Of a stretch of DNA of 64,000 nt, positions 13,509 through 27,594 are shown piece after piece. The position numbers and the translations under genes are program-made. The DNA is from Vermamoeba vermiformis. Its lineage: Eukaryota. Location: positions 1-64,000 of the forward strand of contig JBEWZL010000237.1 of assembly GCA_045837725.1 (NCBI GenBank), given 5' to 3'. The notes under the pieces are model-generated. The model was not told where the DNA came from and made no database searches. It saw nothing but the letters and a program-made list of their open reading frames with translations. The first letter of the stretch is position 1; every line of letters starts with the position of its first letter.

Positions 13509-15159
13509 ATGAAAGCTTCCATTATATTGGTGCTATTAGCTGTTTTGGCCGTCTCAGCGGAGCAGTGGACTGCGTATTTCCCGGCTAATGCATCTTCAGA
13601 CTGTGCAGACCCTCTCATAACGTCTAATTATGATCTCCTTTCTCTAGCAACTGACTCGCAGGGAAGACCTTGGCAATTTACCGGAAGAGGCAAGTTACAG
13701 CGATGCTCCCAGCAAATTCAAAAAATTAAATGAAACCGTAAAATTAGATTAACGATTTAAATTTACGAAACAGTTTCGTAAAATAACTTTCCACTACCTT
13801 TCAAGTAATTACCAATCAACTTTGTCCGCACCGACTTTTGTTTGATCTAGGCTGACAATCTTCGAAATTAGGTTGTGGAATTCCAGCTTTTTTGCGCTAC
13901 TTTGATCGTAACGCTCGAAATTGGACTCTCGCTTGGAATGCGAGTGACTCTGCAGGGCCCTCAGCACACTCCGACAATGCAATGTGGATCGACAAAGACG
14001 ATAACGTCTACATCTTCGGAGGATCCGGTCAGTGCGACTTTTGGCAGTTCTCGCCCGGCTCTAAGACTTGGACGGAGCTTACTGTTGGAAACGGCTCGTT
14101 GAATTCCATCGAAAAAGGCGTTGAGAACTCCGCGAACTATCCCGGATGTCGACGAGGTTCTGCTTATTGGTACACGCCTGACGATAACTCGCTTTGGCTA
14201 TTCAGTGGTTGGGACGACTCTTACGGGAATCCCAAACTTCCCGATCTGTGGCGATACAACGTTACCTCGAAGAAGTGGGCCTTTGTAGCTGGGCTGTTAG
14301 AACCAATCTTGACTGACGAGACGAATTTCTCGAACGCGTTTGAAGTGACGCCATTTCAACGTTGGGCCGCGTTTTCAGCAGTGGATGCGAATTACAATCT
14401 TTGGTAAAATTAACGAACAATCGATTCGAATACAAGTAGTAACAATTACTGATTAGGCTCTACGGCGGCGAGCTCTTAGATGACTTGTGGATGTTTAACC
14501 GCTCGTCTGGCTGGCAGTACATCAGCGGCAACAAGAACTTCTCGAGTTACTCTGCCTGCACTGCGACTGTGAGCACTCTGCCTCCTGGTGTCTTTTCGAC
14601 CGAGCATCGACCAGACTGTGCTGCGTACAGCTCAATGACCTATGCCGGCAACAACATCTTGGCGGTGTGGATTTCGTACTCACATCAAGATGGTATCCCC
14701 TTCCTGTGGCTGTACAACATTTCATCGCAGGAATGGGCGTACTACAACGATTCTAGCGCAAGCTCCGCAGCGGCGAATGTGTTGTACCAACCCGATGCTG
14801 CGACGACTCCTGGCTACACTAGTTACACTCGCACATTTGCACAGGGCAGTCTTTGGATCATTGCAGATGCTACCAATGGCGTGTACGTGATGGACTTCCC
14901 TCAGTGCGCTCAAAGATACAATCCATGCTCCGCGCACGCTACCTGCTCAGAGAACGTCGGACACGTGACTCCAACCTGCACCTGCAATCAGGGCTACGAA
15001 GGGGATGGTTTCACGTGCACCGTACCTGTGCCAGTCTCTGTACCAGTAGCAGCTGCTCCAGGTGTTACTAACGCGCCGTCTAGTATCGCTAAATCGAGTG
15101 CTTCACGCCTTGCCTGCACCGTACTTGCTGCAGGTCTTGTCTTTTTGCTCAATTTTTAA
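13509..15159 (+). CDS. Secreted, probably GPI-anchored Kelch/beta-propeller + EGF-domain surface protein (3 exons)
   Basis: Signal peptide MKASIILVLLAVLAVSA; Kelch-like YIFGG, LWLFSG, WLYGG, DLWRY; EGF CSAHATCSENVG..CTCNQGYEGDGFTC; Pro/Ser stalk and hydrophobic C-terminus. Confidence 0.85.
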
Positions 15160-15751
15160 AATAAACTAAATGAGTAAGGTTTACCGACCTTTTAAATTGA
15201 GAAAAAGTATTAGAAATTTGCTCTATCAGTTGATCCTACTTCAATAAACGACAAACCAAGAAGAGTACCAAGTGCCATTCTAAAATCGGTAAGGCTCGCA
15301 TTCGGCAAGACATAAGGGACCTGTGTAGCGGACAAGTTGTTGCCTGTTCTTGTAATGTTGAATTTAATAGTAATTATAGTATTTAGGCTAATATAATTAT
15401 TTATAAATTTTTTTAGCCTATTAGAATATTATTATTCATTTAGCATTATTTAATTACGCGATCCGAGTAATAGCGAATCCGCGCAAAGCCTTCACCAGGT
15501 AATTTCTTACGTTACATAATCCAATAGGATAGCAATACCGAATTATCGACATTCGAATATTCCAAAGCCATCAGCGATTGGAAGACCTGCCTAATTAGGA
15601 TGCTTCTTTTCCGAAATTTCAAGTGAACGCCGAGAGGAAGGGATACAACAAAAGTATAAAAGAAATCACCATCTCATTATTTTCATTAAACAAAACAACC
15701 GAACAAATCGAAACAAGCAGCAGCTTAAAAACACTTATCTAAACAACAATA

Positions 15752-16642
15752 ATGTCATTGAAAGGAAAGATCGCACTCGTTACTGGTGGCTCAAGAGGTA
15801 TTGGTGCCGGTATCGCATTAGGACTTGCTAAAGAAGGCGCTGATCTCGCTATTACTTATGTCAGTAATCCTGATGGCGCTAAAAAAGTAAGTTCAGATCT
15901 TCAAGAATTCTGAAATATTAAAAAATTAATGATCATTCGTCTAAGCCAATTTAATTATCTTTGCTAACAATTTGTAATAGGTCGTAGAAGAAGCCAAAAA
16001 GCTCGGAGTTCGCGCCATCTCCATTCAAAACGACATCCAAAAGGTTGACACCCATCAAAACTTGGTCGATCAAGTCGTCAAAGAATATGGTCATATTGAT
16101 ATCCTCGTCAACAACGCAGGTGCTTTGATTCCAGATCATTGGACGAGCATCACTGAAGAGAACTACGACAAACTGTTCAATACTAACGTCAAGGTAATTT
16201 CTCAGATCCGCTCCAACAATCAAAAAGTTACTAATATTGATATAACTAGGCGCCTTTGTTCTTGATACAAAAGGCTGTCGCGCACATTCCGTCAGGCGGA
16301 TCGATCATTAACATTGGATCTGCCGCTGCCAAAGCCAACGGCAACTTGCCAGCAGCCGTTTATACTGCCACAAAATTCGCCGTAGCATCTTGGGCTGTAG
16401 TTTTGGCGAAAGATCTCGGCGCTAAAGGCATTCGCATCAACACTGTTGCTCCTGGATATACTGCTACCGATATGTTGCCAGAACAGTACGTTGAAGCAGC
16501 CAAGAAATCGTCTGTGTTTAACAGAGTAGGCGAGGCAGAAGACATTGCGACTATTGTAGCTTTCATTGCTGACTCGAAGAAGAGCGGATGGGTCACTGGT
16601 CAACATCTGGATGCGTCCGGAGGTGGCATCTTGCAATTTTAA
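15752..16642 (+). CDS. FabG-like SDR, copy 2 (3 exons)
   Basis: TGGSRGIG, NNAG, YTATK; same intron positions as copy 1. Confidence 0.92.
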
Positions 16643-16831
16643 ATCGATTCCGTCGTGTTTGAGCAATCCGCAATGAAAATAAATACTTAGAACATATACA
16701 ATGCTAAAAAAATCGTCTGAAAGGTTCTGCTGCATTCTGAATTTTTCTGCCTCGGATCTATTTCCTTGAAGAACCGAAAAAACGCATTTTTGCGCGATTA
16801 CTTATCAGTCTCCAAGACTCTACTTAACACA

Positions 16832-17191
16832 ATGCTTCCAAAATATTTGGCTATATTGTTGGTTTTGCATTTGCCTACTGGTTGGTGAACGGACAATGCG
16901 CCGATAGCTATCGTTCAAACTGCATAAGTACTCAACGGAAACTGCGCGCCAAGAGGCACCGGCAAAAATTCATTTCAACTCGTCACTCTTAGCCCCAATG
17001 GTACCGCGTGGATGACCAGCCACTGCTCCGACGCAGCTTGCAAAAATTGCACGCCAGACGATGAAGGACTGCTTTCTCCCCCTCAAAGTGCAGCACTAAT
17101 GGTATATTCGCCTTCCTTTCAAAAACTGATCCCGTATCCGATTGACCACGTTGCAATTTCGTATTTGCAATCCTTAACAGTCAATAAATAA
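16832..17191 (+). pseudogene. Degraded gene for a small secreted Cys-containing protein
   Basis: Signal-peptide-like MLPKYLAILLVLHLPTGW, in-frame stops at 16886 and 16925, then NGNCAP...HCSDAACKNCT; likely frameshift near 17085. Confidence 0.45.
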
Positions 17192-17441
17192 AAGTTAGCT
17201 AGTCTAAATACAACATTCGATTAAAAGTTGCATTTTCTGTTCTCTCCAAATCCGTTGGTGGAATTTATTAGTCTAATAGTCCAAAATGTAACCGGCGCCT
17301 AAAATGGTAATTCACTAGACCTTACTAAGACAAGACAGTTTTTTGCCAGTCCGTTTAATTGATTACCATGAAGAAATAAGGAGTACAATATCTCATACTT
17401 TATTAGCTGCGAGATATAATAACACCAAGGCAGTTTCTATT

Positions 17442-18351
17442 TTAGAACTGCAAGATGCCACCACCGGACGCATCCAAGTTTTGCCCGGTGACCCATCCGC
17501 TCTTCTTCGAGTCAGCAACAAACGCGACAATATTCGCAACATCTTCAGCAGTACCGACTCTCTTAAACACCGACGATTGCTTGGCTATTTCGTGGAATGG
17601 AGCGGACAACATTTCAGTGTCGGTGAATCCAGGAGCAACGGTGTTGATTCTGATGCCTTTAGCTGCGAGTTCCTTGGCTAATACTATGGCCCATGAAGCT
17701 ACGGCGAATTTAGTGGCAGTATAGACTGCTGCGGGTAAAGCACCGTTGGCCTTGGCAGCGGCGGATCCAATATTGATAATAGATCCGCCTGAAGGAATGT
17801 GCGCTATAGCCTTTTGGATCAAGAATAAGGGTGCCTAATATTGCACTATTATTAGCGAATATTTCATCATATTTTAGACGGATCTAAGTTTTACCTTGAC
17901 GTTGGTGTTGAATAGTTTATCGAAAGATTCTTCAGTGATATTTGTCCAATGGTCCGGGAGCAAAATACCAGCGTTATTAACGAGTACATCAATATGACCG
18001 TATTCTTTGACCACTTGATCGATCAGATGTTGATGCGTATTGACTTTGGTAATGTCATTTTGAATGGAAATGGCTCGAACTCCGAGTTTCTTAGCTTCTT
18101 CAACGACCTATTAATAACCGTTAGTTATTGTTGAAGAAAGGTAATGAAAAGTCTTTGAATTACCGAATTCTCGAAGATCCGAAATTGAACTTTAAATCCA
18201 GCGGATCCAAACTTACTTTCTTAGCGGCATCGGGATTGCTAACGTAAGTAATAGCAATATCAGCACCTTCTTTAGCAAGTCCTAATGCGATACCAGCGCC
18301 AATGCCTCTGGAGCCACCGGTAACGAGTGCGATCTTTCCTTTCAATGACAT
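17442..18351 (-). CDS. FabG-like SDR, copy 3 (inverted; 3 exons)
   Basis: MSLKGKIALVTGGSRGIG, NNAG, YTATK, WVTGQNLDASGG. Confidence 0.92.
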
Positions 18352-19084
18352 TTTTTGGGTTGGAAGTGTTGTTTGTTGTTGTGTTGCTTATTGTTTGAGA
18401 TTGATTAATATGAACGACATTGATGGATATTTATATTCGAATTTACCTCCCTTCGGAGCCGAGAGCGGAGAGAAGAATTCCAAATAAGGCAAGTCTTCCA
18501 ACCGGCCGGAGAATAGAATTTCACGAATATCGACAATCGAAGATAGCTTTGCAACGTTGAGACTGCAACTACAGCGGTCATGTTCATGTTTCTAGCTGAA
18601 GTTTGATTTTCCTGGTCAGTCATTATTCCGCGATGGCAGATATCTTCAAGCCGTGGTAAATACCGTTTATGACGGCCGGATATTTCATCCGGTGAATTTA
18701 TGTTACGAATCATTAGAAGCATCGATATGGAGGGAATACTGTATCATTATCATGCACATTCAACGCCAAGTTGGAAAAAAAGGGTTTGAGATGGAAATTC
18801 AGACCGATCTAAAAGCTACGCGATAGCGAACGCTGCCGCATAAAGCTTCTCCTTACTTAACAATATCGGAGTTTCATTATTATCAAGCTTCTAGATAGTC
18901 CTAGAACAGGTGTAAAAGTTGCCCGTAGTAGTAATTAATTTTTTGCTTCTAAAAAGCCGAAATTTCTAAGCCCGGAAAAAAGAAGTAAATATAAATAATG
19001 ATGCCGGCGAAGAGACATTCATTAATAACAAACTTACGTGATAATTAACAACAATTAAACAAAGCTGCGCAACAATTCCAAAAA

Positions 19085-19978
19085 ATGTCATTGAAAGGAA
19101 AGATCGCACTCGTCACTGGTGGATCCAGAGGCATTGGCGCTGGTACCGCATTAGGACTTGCTAAAGAAGGTGCTGATATTGCTATAACTTACGTTAGCAA
19201 TCCCGATGCCGCTAAGAAAGTAAGTCGATGACATCCGTCAATCTCGGGAATTCTGAAAAAGTTGAAGTTTGACTTTTTGTTGACCAAACAGTGCCACTGA
19301 CTAATTATTGGTTAATAGGTCGTTGAACAAGCTAAGAAACTCGGAGTTCGTGCCATTGCAATTCAAAACGACATTACCAAAGTCAATACACATCAACATC
19401 TGATCGATCAAGTGGTCAAAGAATACGGTCATATTGATGTACTCGTTAATAACGCTGGTGTGATTGCATTTGATCCTTGGACGAGCATCAGCGAAGAGGC
19501 CTACGATAAACTTTTTGACACCAACGTCAAGGTAGCTTCTAACTACCAATAATCGTATTATCAAATACTAAATATTAGTATCTAGGCCCCATTTTTCTTG
19601 ATACAACGAGCACTTCCGCACATTGCTTCGGGCGGGTCTATTATTAACCTCGGATCTCTCGGTACTAAGTTGAATGGAAACTTACCAGCTCCAGTTTACG
19701 TAGCCACTAAATTCGCCGTAGCTTCATGGGCCATTGTTCTAGCTAAAGAACTCGCAGCTAAAGGCATCAGAATCAACACCGTTGCTCCTGGATTCACCGA
19801 CACTGACATGGTCGATCCGTCTTTCCACGAGGTAGCCAAAAAAGCCTCCGTGTTCCAGAGACTTGGTAACGTAGAAGATATCGCTAATATAGTCGCATTT
19901 GTTGCTGACTCGAAGAAGAGCGGATGGGTCACTGGTCAAAACTTGGACGCATCTGGCGGCAGTGTTTTGCAATTCTAA
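19085..19978 (+). CDS. FabG-like SDR, copy 4 (3 exons)
   Basis: TGGSRGIG, NNAG, YVATK. Confidence 0.92.
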
Positions 19979-20249
19979 AAATTAAAGCTATCAGTCGTAT
20001 TCGACGATCAATTTGATATAGCAAATAAATAGAATAAGGAAATATTTAGACAGCAAAATCTAAAAAGTTCTGAAAGGTTCTGCCGACCTTCTGAATTATT
20101 CTGAATCCTGCCCGGCTGTTTTTCCTTTTATGGAAATGATCTTCCGCTCCACGTTGCCCTAAAAAAAAAACATAAATAGTCGATAAAATGTCTGGTTTTT
20201 CATCAACTTAAACCAACTAGCCACACAGCAACCAATCCAATCCAAAAAC

Positions 20250-21211
20250 ATGTCATTAAAAGGAAAGATCGCACTCGTCACTGGTGGCTCCAGAGGTATT
20301 GGTGCCGGTATCGCATTAGGACTCGCTAAAGAAGGTGCTGATATTGCTATTACTTATGTTAGTAACGCCGATGCTGCTCAAAAGGTAAGTGGATCGACGA
20401 GTAAAAATTGAATTTTCTTCAATAAAATCGAAACTAACGATCTTGCTAATAAATAGGTAGCTAATGATGCAAAAGCATATGGCGTGCAAGCAATCGCGAT
20501 AAAGAACGATATTAGTGACTTAGCCAGTCATCAGACCTTAGTAGATCAAGTCGTTAAACAATTTGGTCGCATTGATATTCTTGTAAATAACGCTGGTACC
20601 TTCACTCATAGTTCATGGACAAACGTGACGGCCGAAGAGTTCAATAAGATTTATGATTTAAACGTTAAGGTAAGATTATTACCAAATTTGGATAAACTAC
20701 CGAGTTTTCACCCTCCGTGGATTGATTTAATGCTAAATTTAAATTAATCGTTAACTTAGGCGCCACTCTTTTTGATTCAAAAAGCGTTCCCGCACATACC
20801 TTCTGGCGGATCTATCATCAACATCGGATCTGCTGCCGTTAAAGCTAATGCCGCCGTTCCAGCAGTCGTTTATCTTTCCAGTAAATTCGCAGTAGCCGCG
20901 TATGCCTCGCTCATGGCCAAAGACCTCGCAGAGAAAGGTATTCGCATTAATACTGTCTCGCCTGGCTTCACGGACACCGACATGTTAGCCGATCCAAACT
21001 TCCGTACTTTTGGCGCCAGTCAATCGGTATTTAAGAGATTAGGTACGATGAATATACGTCATAATAATAGTACGTTTAACTTACGATGGTATTTCTAGGA
21101 AATAACGAAGACATAGCGAATATTGTGACCTTCTTGGCGGATTCAAAGAAGAGCGGTTGGATTACTGGCCAACAAATCGATGCTTCTGGAGGTGTTTCGC
21201 TACAATTCTAA
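20250..21211 (+). CDS. FabG-like SDR, copy 5 (4 exons; extra intron 21043-21098)
   Basis: TGGSRGIG, NNAG, YLSSK, WITGQQIDASGG. Confidence 0.9.
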
Positions 21212-21327
21212 GAAAATATTGTATAGTTCTTTCTTCGGGCTTCAATATAGGTGATCTCAAAAAAAAAAGATCCGAGCTAAATAAAATTATGTTTATTGAA
21301 TATTTGTTATCTTTGTTATTGTTATTA

Positions 21328-24300
21328 TTATTGTTTTGGTTTTCTAACAAACCGTAGTAAAATATAAGCTAAAATATTGAGCACCACTGCCATGCCGGCT
21401 AATATACCGACATTACGCCAGTAATTTGACGAATTCAAGTTGAATGCCACCAAGAATACATTGGCACCTATATATGGTCAGTAATGGCATTAAGCTATAA
21501 TAATCAGATTCTTACTAATGTTAACGGATCCAAAGCCTTCAACGCCTAGTTCGAGCTGCAGGCCTTCAAGTTCATTCGCTGTTAGGGCTTCAAATGCGTA
21601 ACTGAAGAACGAAAGATATCTACGATGCATATACAGGGTTAATTATGCGAAATAACAATGATTTCAAGGTCCGCGTACCGAAGCCAAATGAGCCAGACAG
21701 GAATGCTTTGAAAATTGAGTAAAAAGCCACTGAATAGCATTAAGAACAATAATATAGCCGCACTGACAATATTTCCGACTGAGTAAAGAATACAAATTAG
21801 CCCGTATTAAAATAAAATTGATAAAATTTCGTACCGGTCACTGAAGGCACTGAAACACTAATAACGTAGAACATGGCCGCAGAGACCATATTAAATAATA
21901 AGAATACCAATATGAACTTGAGGAAGTGTTCGGCATCGCCTACGAATCCAGCCATCCAATAGACTACGATCGCGTAGATCAAGGGAAAAACCATTCGTAG
22001 CGGCAGCAGATCTGAGAACATTGACGCACAATAATACGCTGAAGTTTGATAGCATCCATTAGATCGTTCTTTTTTGAATATTATTCGATCGCCAATGACT
22101 ATGAGGAAGAAAGTCAGTACAAATTTCCTAAAAAGGAAATGTTATCGAGAACTCGTACATAAATCTACGGCGCTAAGGCAGGCGAATGCGAATAATAGTA
22201 ACGAGAAGAATATGAGGCCTAGTCTATTCTGAAATCCAGCAATGTCGTTTTTCAGGTTCAAGAACACCACGCCGATGAACACAGCGACGACAACAGTGCT
22301 ACAAAATAACGTATTATTAATAATACGTAATAAGAGTAAATAATCATAAATAACTACGTACATGATAGCGTGAGTTCTGAGCAATGCAGGATTTCGCCAG
22401 AGATTAACGGCCTGTAATATTCTTAGTAAATGATATGAATACTCAAGTCAAAGTTTATGCTTACAGCACGATGTGATAGCACTAAGAATTGATTGCCCCA
22501 CGAAGAGGAGTACTGCTGCTTTGATTCTTTTTTCTCTTGTTTTTCTACGAATTTAAAAATTAATTAATTGCCTCATCATTAATCATTAGTTTACGTACTT
22601 TTCTTTTTATCTACAGCTGGATCGACGGCACTGCCATTATTAGTGATCGAATCGCTCAATTGTACGTTGCTGTTCTTGTGTACTGGGACCAGCACTTCCT
22701 TATTTGGTAAGTCCTCGCCGTGCTCTGCCGAAGAAGAGCTTGTCGAATTCTAATGATATTAGCATATATATATTATTGGTGGTACGTACTTTCGACGAAC
22801 CAGACGGCGATGATGAGACAGATCCGCTCGAGTTCGACTCAGCACTTTTCGTTACTTGTAACTCGGCCTTTCTCTGCGCGACATCTTTATTCCATTGCTC
22901 GTAAGAACGGACTAAGCCATTTAAAGCCTCGTCAGGCTCTTCGTTGAGTATTGAAACTAATAGAATTGTATCAGCTAAATGATTTTTTCGTAGTTTAGCC
23001 GCTTACTCATAAAATCAGCAGGATTTTCGTATTTGGGACATTTGAAGCCGTTTTGAGCGAAGAATTGCGGTGCGTCTGAAGCAGATCCGTAGTAAACAGT
23101 GTAGCCGTCCCACAACAAGACCAACGAATCGAACATTTGATAAATCGCTGATCTCGGCTGATGAATGCTGCAAACAATACTGCAGTTGCGCTTTTCGGCC
23201 AAATCTTTAAGGATTTGCATCACAATCGTCGCGTTGTAACTGTCCAAGCCGGATGTCGGTTCATCGAGCAACAAAATCTTCGGGTATGTTACCAGCTCCG
23301 TAGCAATCAGTACTCTATAATATTACGATTAGTAATCGGACCATTATAGTCAAGACAAAGAAGCTATTTCAATTTAAAAGTGCAAAATAAATTTGATAAA
23401 ATTTTGTAACGAATATTTCGAGTCATTACTCAATAGTATTAGCGTGATTAATACCTTCTTCTTTCGCCACCTGACAACCCTCTAACTGATGAGTCGCCAA
23501 TAAGCGTGTCTTTAACATGATTCAGCCGTAGTTCGGCAATAACGCTCGCAACCTATTGCATATTATATTATCAGTACTTGCTTAGATTGATATCGTCCCG
23601 TGTACGTACTATTTCTTTGATTTGGGCATAAGGCACACTTTCAGGCAATCGTAGTTGCGCAGAGTAGATCAGCTGTTCTTGAACTGTTAACGTGCCTAAC
23701 AAGCACTCTTCTTGAGTAACATATCTATATACGAACAATTAGTCAAATTAATGATACTACTTTTTAATCTAGGTGGCGACTCTCATAAATAAAAAAAGTA
23801 TCGAAGTTTCAAGAGACGTACCCAGCAATTCTTTTGAAGTATTTGGGCAGAGGCTGTCCGTCCATTAAAATGCTGCCCGTCACTACACCACGCTTGCCGA
23901 TGTGACTAATAATGTCGAGTAGGGTTGTTTTGCCTGAGCCAGATGACCCCATGACTGCGCAGATTTGACCCGGGTAGATCTTCATATTCACGTTGTGCAA
24001 TATAGTCTTTTTGGACTCTTCTTTCTTTTGACATGCTTTTCCTGACCTGACCTTCACTTTGTACTGCACATCTTTCAGTTCTAACGTGCATCCTTCAATC
24101 GCTGTTTTGATCACTTCATTGTACGGCCTGTCACGCAAATTAAATTTTAGAAACTATTGCTAATTACGCAGATTATATTCATGCAATGAATAAGTACGTA
24201 CTTCTTTACTTTTTTCCGAATGACGTAGATCACGAATGGCGTTACCAAACAGATCCCGACTCCTATCGGAATCACAACACCACCAACAATGATGCCAGTG

Positions 24301-25805
24301 ATCTATAGTTCATATTAGAGTGGCTTGGCATTAAAGACATTTGCAATAACTTACGCGATCGGCTTGAGTGATTGTAGCAACACCAAGAGATTTTCCGCAC
24401 TCGGCAGCGGTACAGTCTAATGTAACTTCGAGCGGAATATTTACCTCTGGAAATGATCATATTGAGTTAATTGCACAATCTACTATGATGTTTAAGAGTT
24501 ACGTACGGTTCAGCGTGCAGACCGGATTTTCTTTGTTTTCGCAAGTGAAAGTTGACTCGCCTTTAACAGTGCTCAAGAGAAAACTGTCTAAATAAGATAA
24601 TATTAGTAATGGACTAGATACTACCTGCTATAAGATGTACGTACTAGCAACAGAAGAACAGTTCACAAGTCGCGGATCTGGGTTGCACGAACAGTTGATG
24701 GCAGCGCAGTGAAAGATGATATTGTTGTCCTGCGACGCCACCGAGCAGCCAGTCATTGTGCAGTTAGACATGACAGGCTGGCCAGCTTGTCTCTCCCATA
24801 CTATTTGCGAGTCAATACTAATCATTTCACTTCGGGATCTACTCACGCAAAATGGTCGCCTCAGATTTTTCGACATCGTAAATATACGAGATAGTGCCTT
24901 CGCCAAATATATTCTTAACTACTTTATCTATCATAAAGCATGTTAATAACGGGTTTCAATAATAAGTAGTATTAAAGTACCTCTAGGATAACATTCAATA
25001 ATTTTTCGTTTGAACGGCGCTGGCGTTTTGTCGCAATCGATCAAAGTATCATTTGCGGTGCAAACTGAGTCCTTAGTGCACACTACATTATAATAATAAT
25101 GAGTATAAGCAAATAATAATAAGAGCAAGCGTTCGACGTACTTCCGCAAGTTTGACCGGTCCATCCGTCTTGACATCCGCATTGAATGGACCAAATACTC
25201 GTATTAGTGCCACCAACGGTTGAATATATTTGTTTGCACGACAAGGTGCTATTATGCTCGCACTAATAAAGAAATAAAATTAGGCGCGGCTGTAAATTTC
25301 AATTAACTCGACATACTTGGTAAGAAGGGTCTAACGGCTCCCATGTGCCTCCAATGCCTGCTGGACACTCGAAGCTTATATTGTTAGGGTATGCATTCTC
25401 GCATACTTGACGGCAGCCTAATAACAAGAAATGAATATTATTATTATGTCGATTCGGAACGCGCCGAATAGGCTAGCCTAATCATCAATTGCATACTTCA
25501 ATTATTATTCATGAAGAATTAGATCGCACTTAGTTTCGAAATTTTATAGTTTTTTGCTAAAGGTCTATTTTGGTAATGGGATCCGAAAGTTAAAATTGGT
25601 CGGAGTCCTTGAAAACGCTGCTAATTAAATAATCTGTTGAATAAAAGATCCCAACGCAAAATGTGCGATAAGTAGCTATTTTCGCTCGAGTTTGAAGCTG
25701 GTTAAAGAGGATTCGAAACGTACCTTGTGTGTCCACTAGCGCGATCCAACTCGAATAGCTGCATAGAAATATGACCAGCGCTGTTATTGTTATTCGTAAA
25801 GTCAT
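21328..25805 (-). CDS. ABCG half-transporter with N-terminal Cys-rich/EGF-like ectodomain (ADP1-like), multi-exon
   Basis: Signal peptide; Cys-rich exons (CECPDGWTGQTC); TM; Walker A GSSGSGKTT; LSGGE; LLDEPTSGLD; SIHQP; ENPADF; ABC2 membrane domain. Confidence 0.9.
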
Positions 25806-26489
25806 CAATGTATCAGACTCGAACGATGATCAAGATTGATTATTTTAAAGATAAGACCGTAGCTGATCGGATGATCTGATTGATCGCCTTTGATTGCTCG
25901 GTAATGCTAGAAGATGTGAAATAACAATAATACTCGTGTAATCAACAATATAACACCTTTTTTGGAGCAAGAAGCCGTAAAATTGGTTGATTTTTGGATA
26001 GAAATTAGGATCTGCTTTCGTTTTTTTTTCGAAGGCCATTCATGGGAAGGTAAGTAATTCTTTTTTTATAATTCGAACCTGAAGATTTGTATCTGTATCT
26101 ATTTAAGCGAAAGATTCTGTGTACAGCAAATCCGTAAAGATAAAGAATCTTTTTTTAAATTAAATAGTTAAAATTGAAGAAAATTATTAATTGCATAATA
26201 TGCTTAGATGAGTACGCACTTATTCAATTCCCGCTCCTTAGAGACAAGCCGTTACTTGATTTGTGATCTGAAAATCTTCGGGTACATCTGGTCGTTCCGC
26301 ACGTTTGCCCCGCTCGCTGGACATCATCAATACATGAACAATAATGACATGTATATGCTAATGAGGTCAATCTTGCGGGAGATTGATTTAATTAACTCAG
26401 GCTAACGGTCATTTTTTTTTTCTCATTGTTATTTTCACCCGCTGTATCTTCAGTAGCACCAGAGCTCAATTCAGATAAAGCATTTGCAA

Positions 26490-27594
26490 ATGAAGGCTAT
26501 TGCACTTGTCGTATTGATCTCGCTTATTTCGATCAGCTTCGCCCAACCTAACTTGGATGGAAGTTGGGTTAGCGATACTTGCGAGCCGTCTCCTGCACAG
26601 TCGAGTAAGAAGCAACATTTAAATTAGTATTATAATATTATTACAATATTAATCAAGTATTGTTACTATAATCCAGCTAATTACTTCTACGTCCGCAACT
26701 ACACCTTCGACGGCACCACCGTTCACTTGGAGACTAAAATCTATTCATCTAATTGTCAGATTAATAACATTAAAGCCACTATCGTTGCTGAAGGAATCGG
26801 TAAGTCACATCCGCCTGATCGTGGTCAACCGAAATTAATTGGATCTTTGACTAGTCGTTTTTGGTGGATTATCCGGAATAACACCTGGTTGTGATATTAA
26901 TGGTACCCAAAGCGCTGTCTACGATATCCAGTTTTTCTTCAACACCAGCAAAACTATTACTACGGTATTAATAATAGCCATCGAAAATAAAATAATACTA
27001 ACGACTGCGTTTACAGGTTAAAGGCAGCAACTTTGCTTCTCAATTTGGATCATTCTGCAACCTTCCCACGCTGACTGATGGTGTTACAACTGATATCAGC
27101 ACCCTTGTACGCAATTTTACGAGGCAGATTCGCTTTTTTTGTACTAACTGTATTCCTTTAGGACTGCCAATTGTTCCAACTCTTCTATCCTTGTGACGCA
27201 GGCGAGCACGACGTTATCACCGTCATCGATTCTACTCCTAAGAGGTAATAACACTATTTTTCTTGCGGAGATGCGGATCTAGGTACAAATTATGACTTTG
27301 CAGCGGCTAATTATTTTAAATTATAGATTCCATGACGGAGTACGCACCAACGACAACGTTTGCCTATTGCTCAACAGACCTACGCAATTAGCTTCCAACG
27401 CGTGTGTTTTGGGCGGTGCTGGTCCTTCAGGCACTCCCGCGACGTGCACTGCTTATGTAGCTCCTGTTGCACCCCCTGTTACACCCCCCGTCACCGTTCC
27501 AGTCACTCCTCCTACGCCCAAGAAGTCGATCGGATCATTTGTTTTTAGCTCTTCTATCTTGGTCTTGGCCGCCGGTGTCGTTGCTTTCTTCTAA
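26490..27594 (+). CDS. Secreted, probably GPI-anchored protein with APCDD1-like domain (multi-exon)
   Basis: Signal peptide; LDGSWVSDTCEPSP and LNRPTQL resemble APCDD1 motifs; Pro/Thr stalk and hydrophobic tail. Confidence 0.7.
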
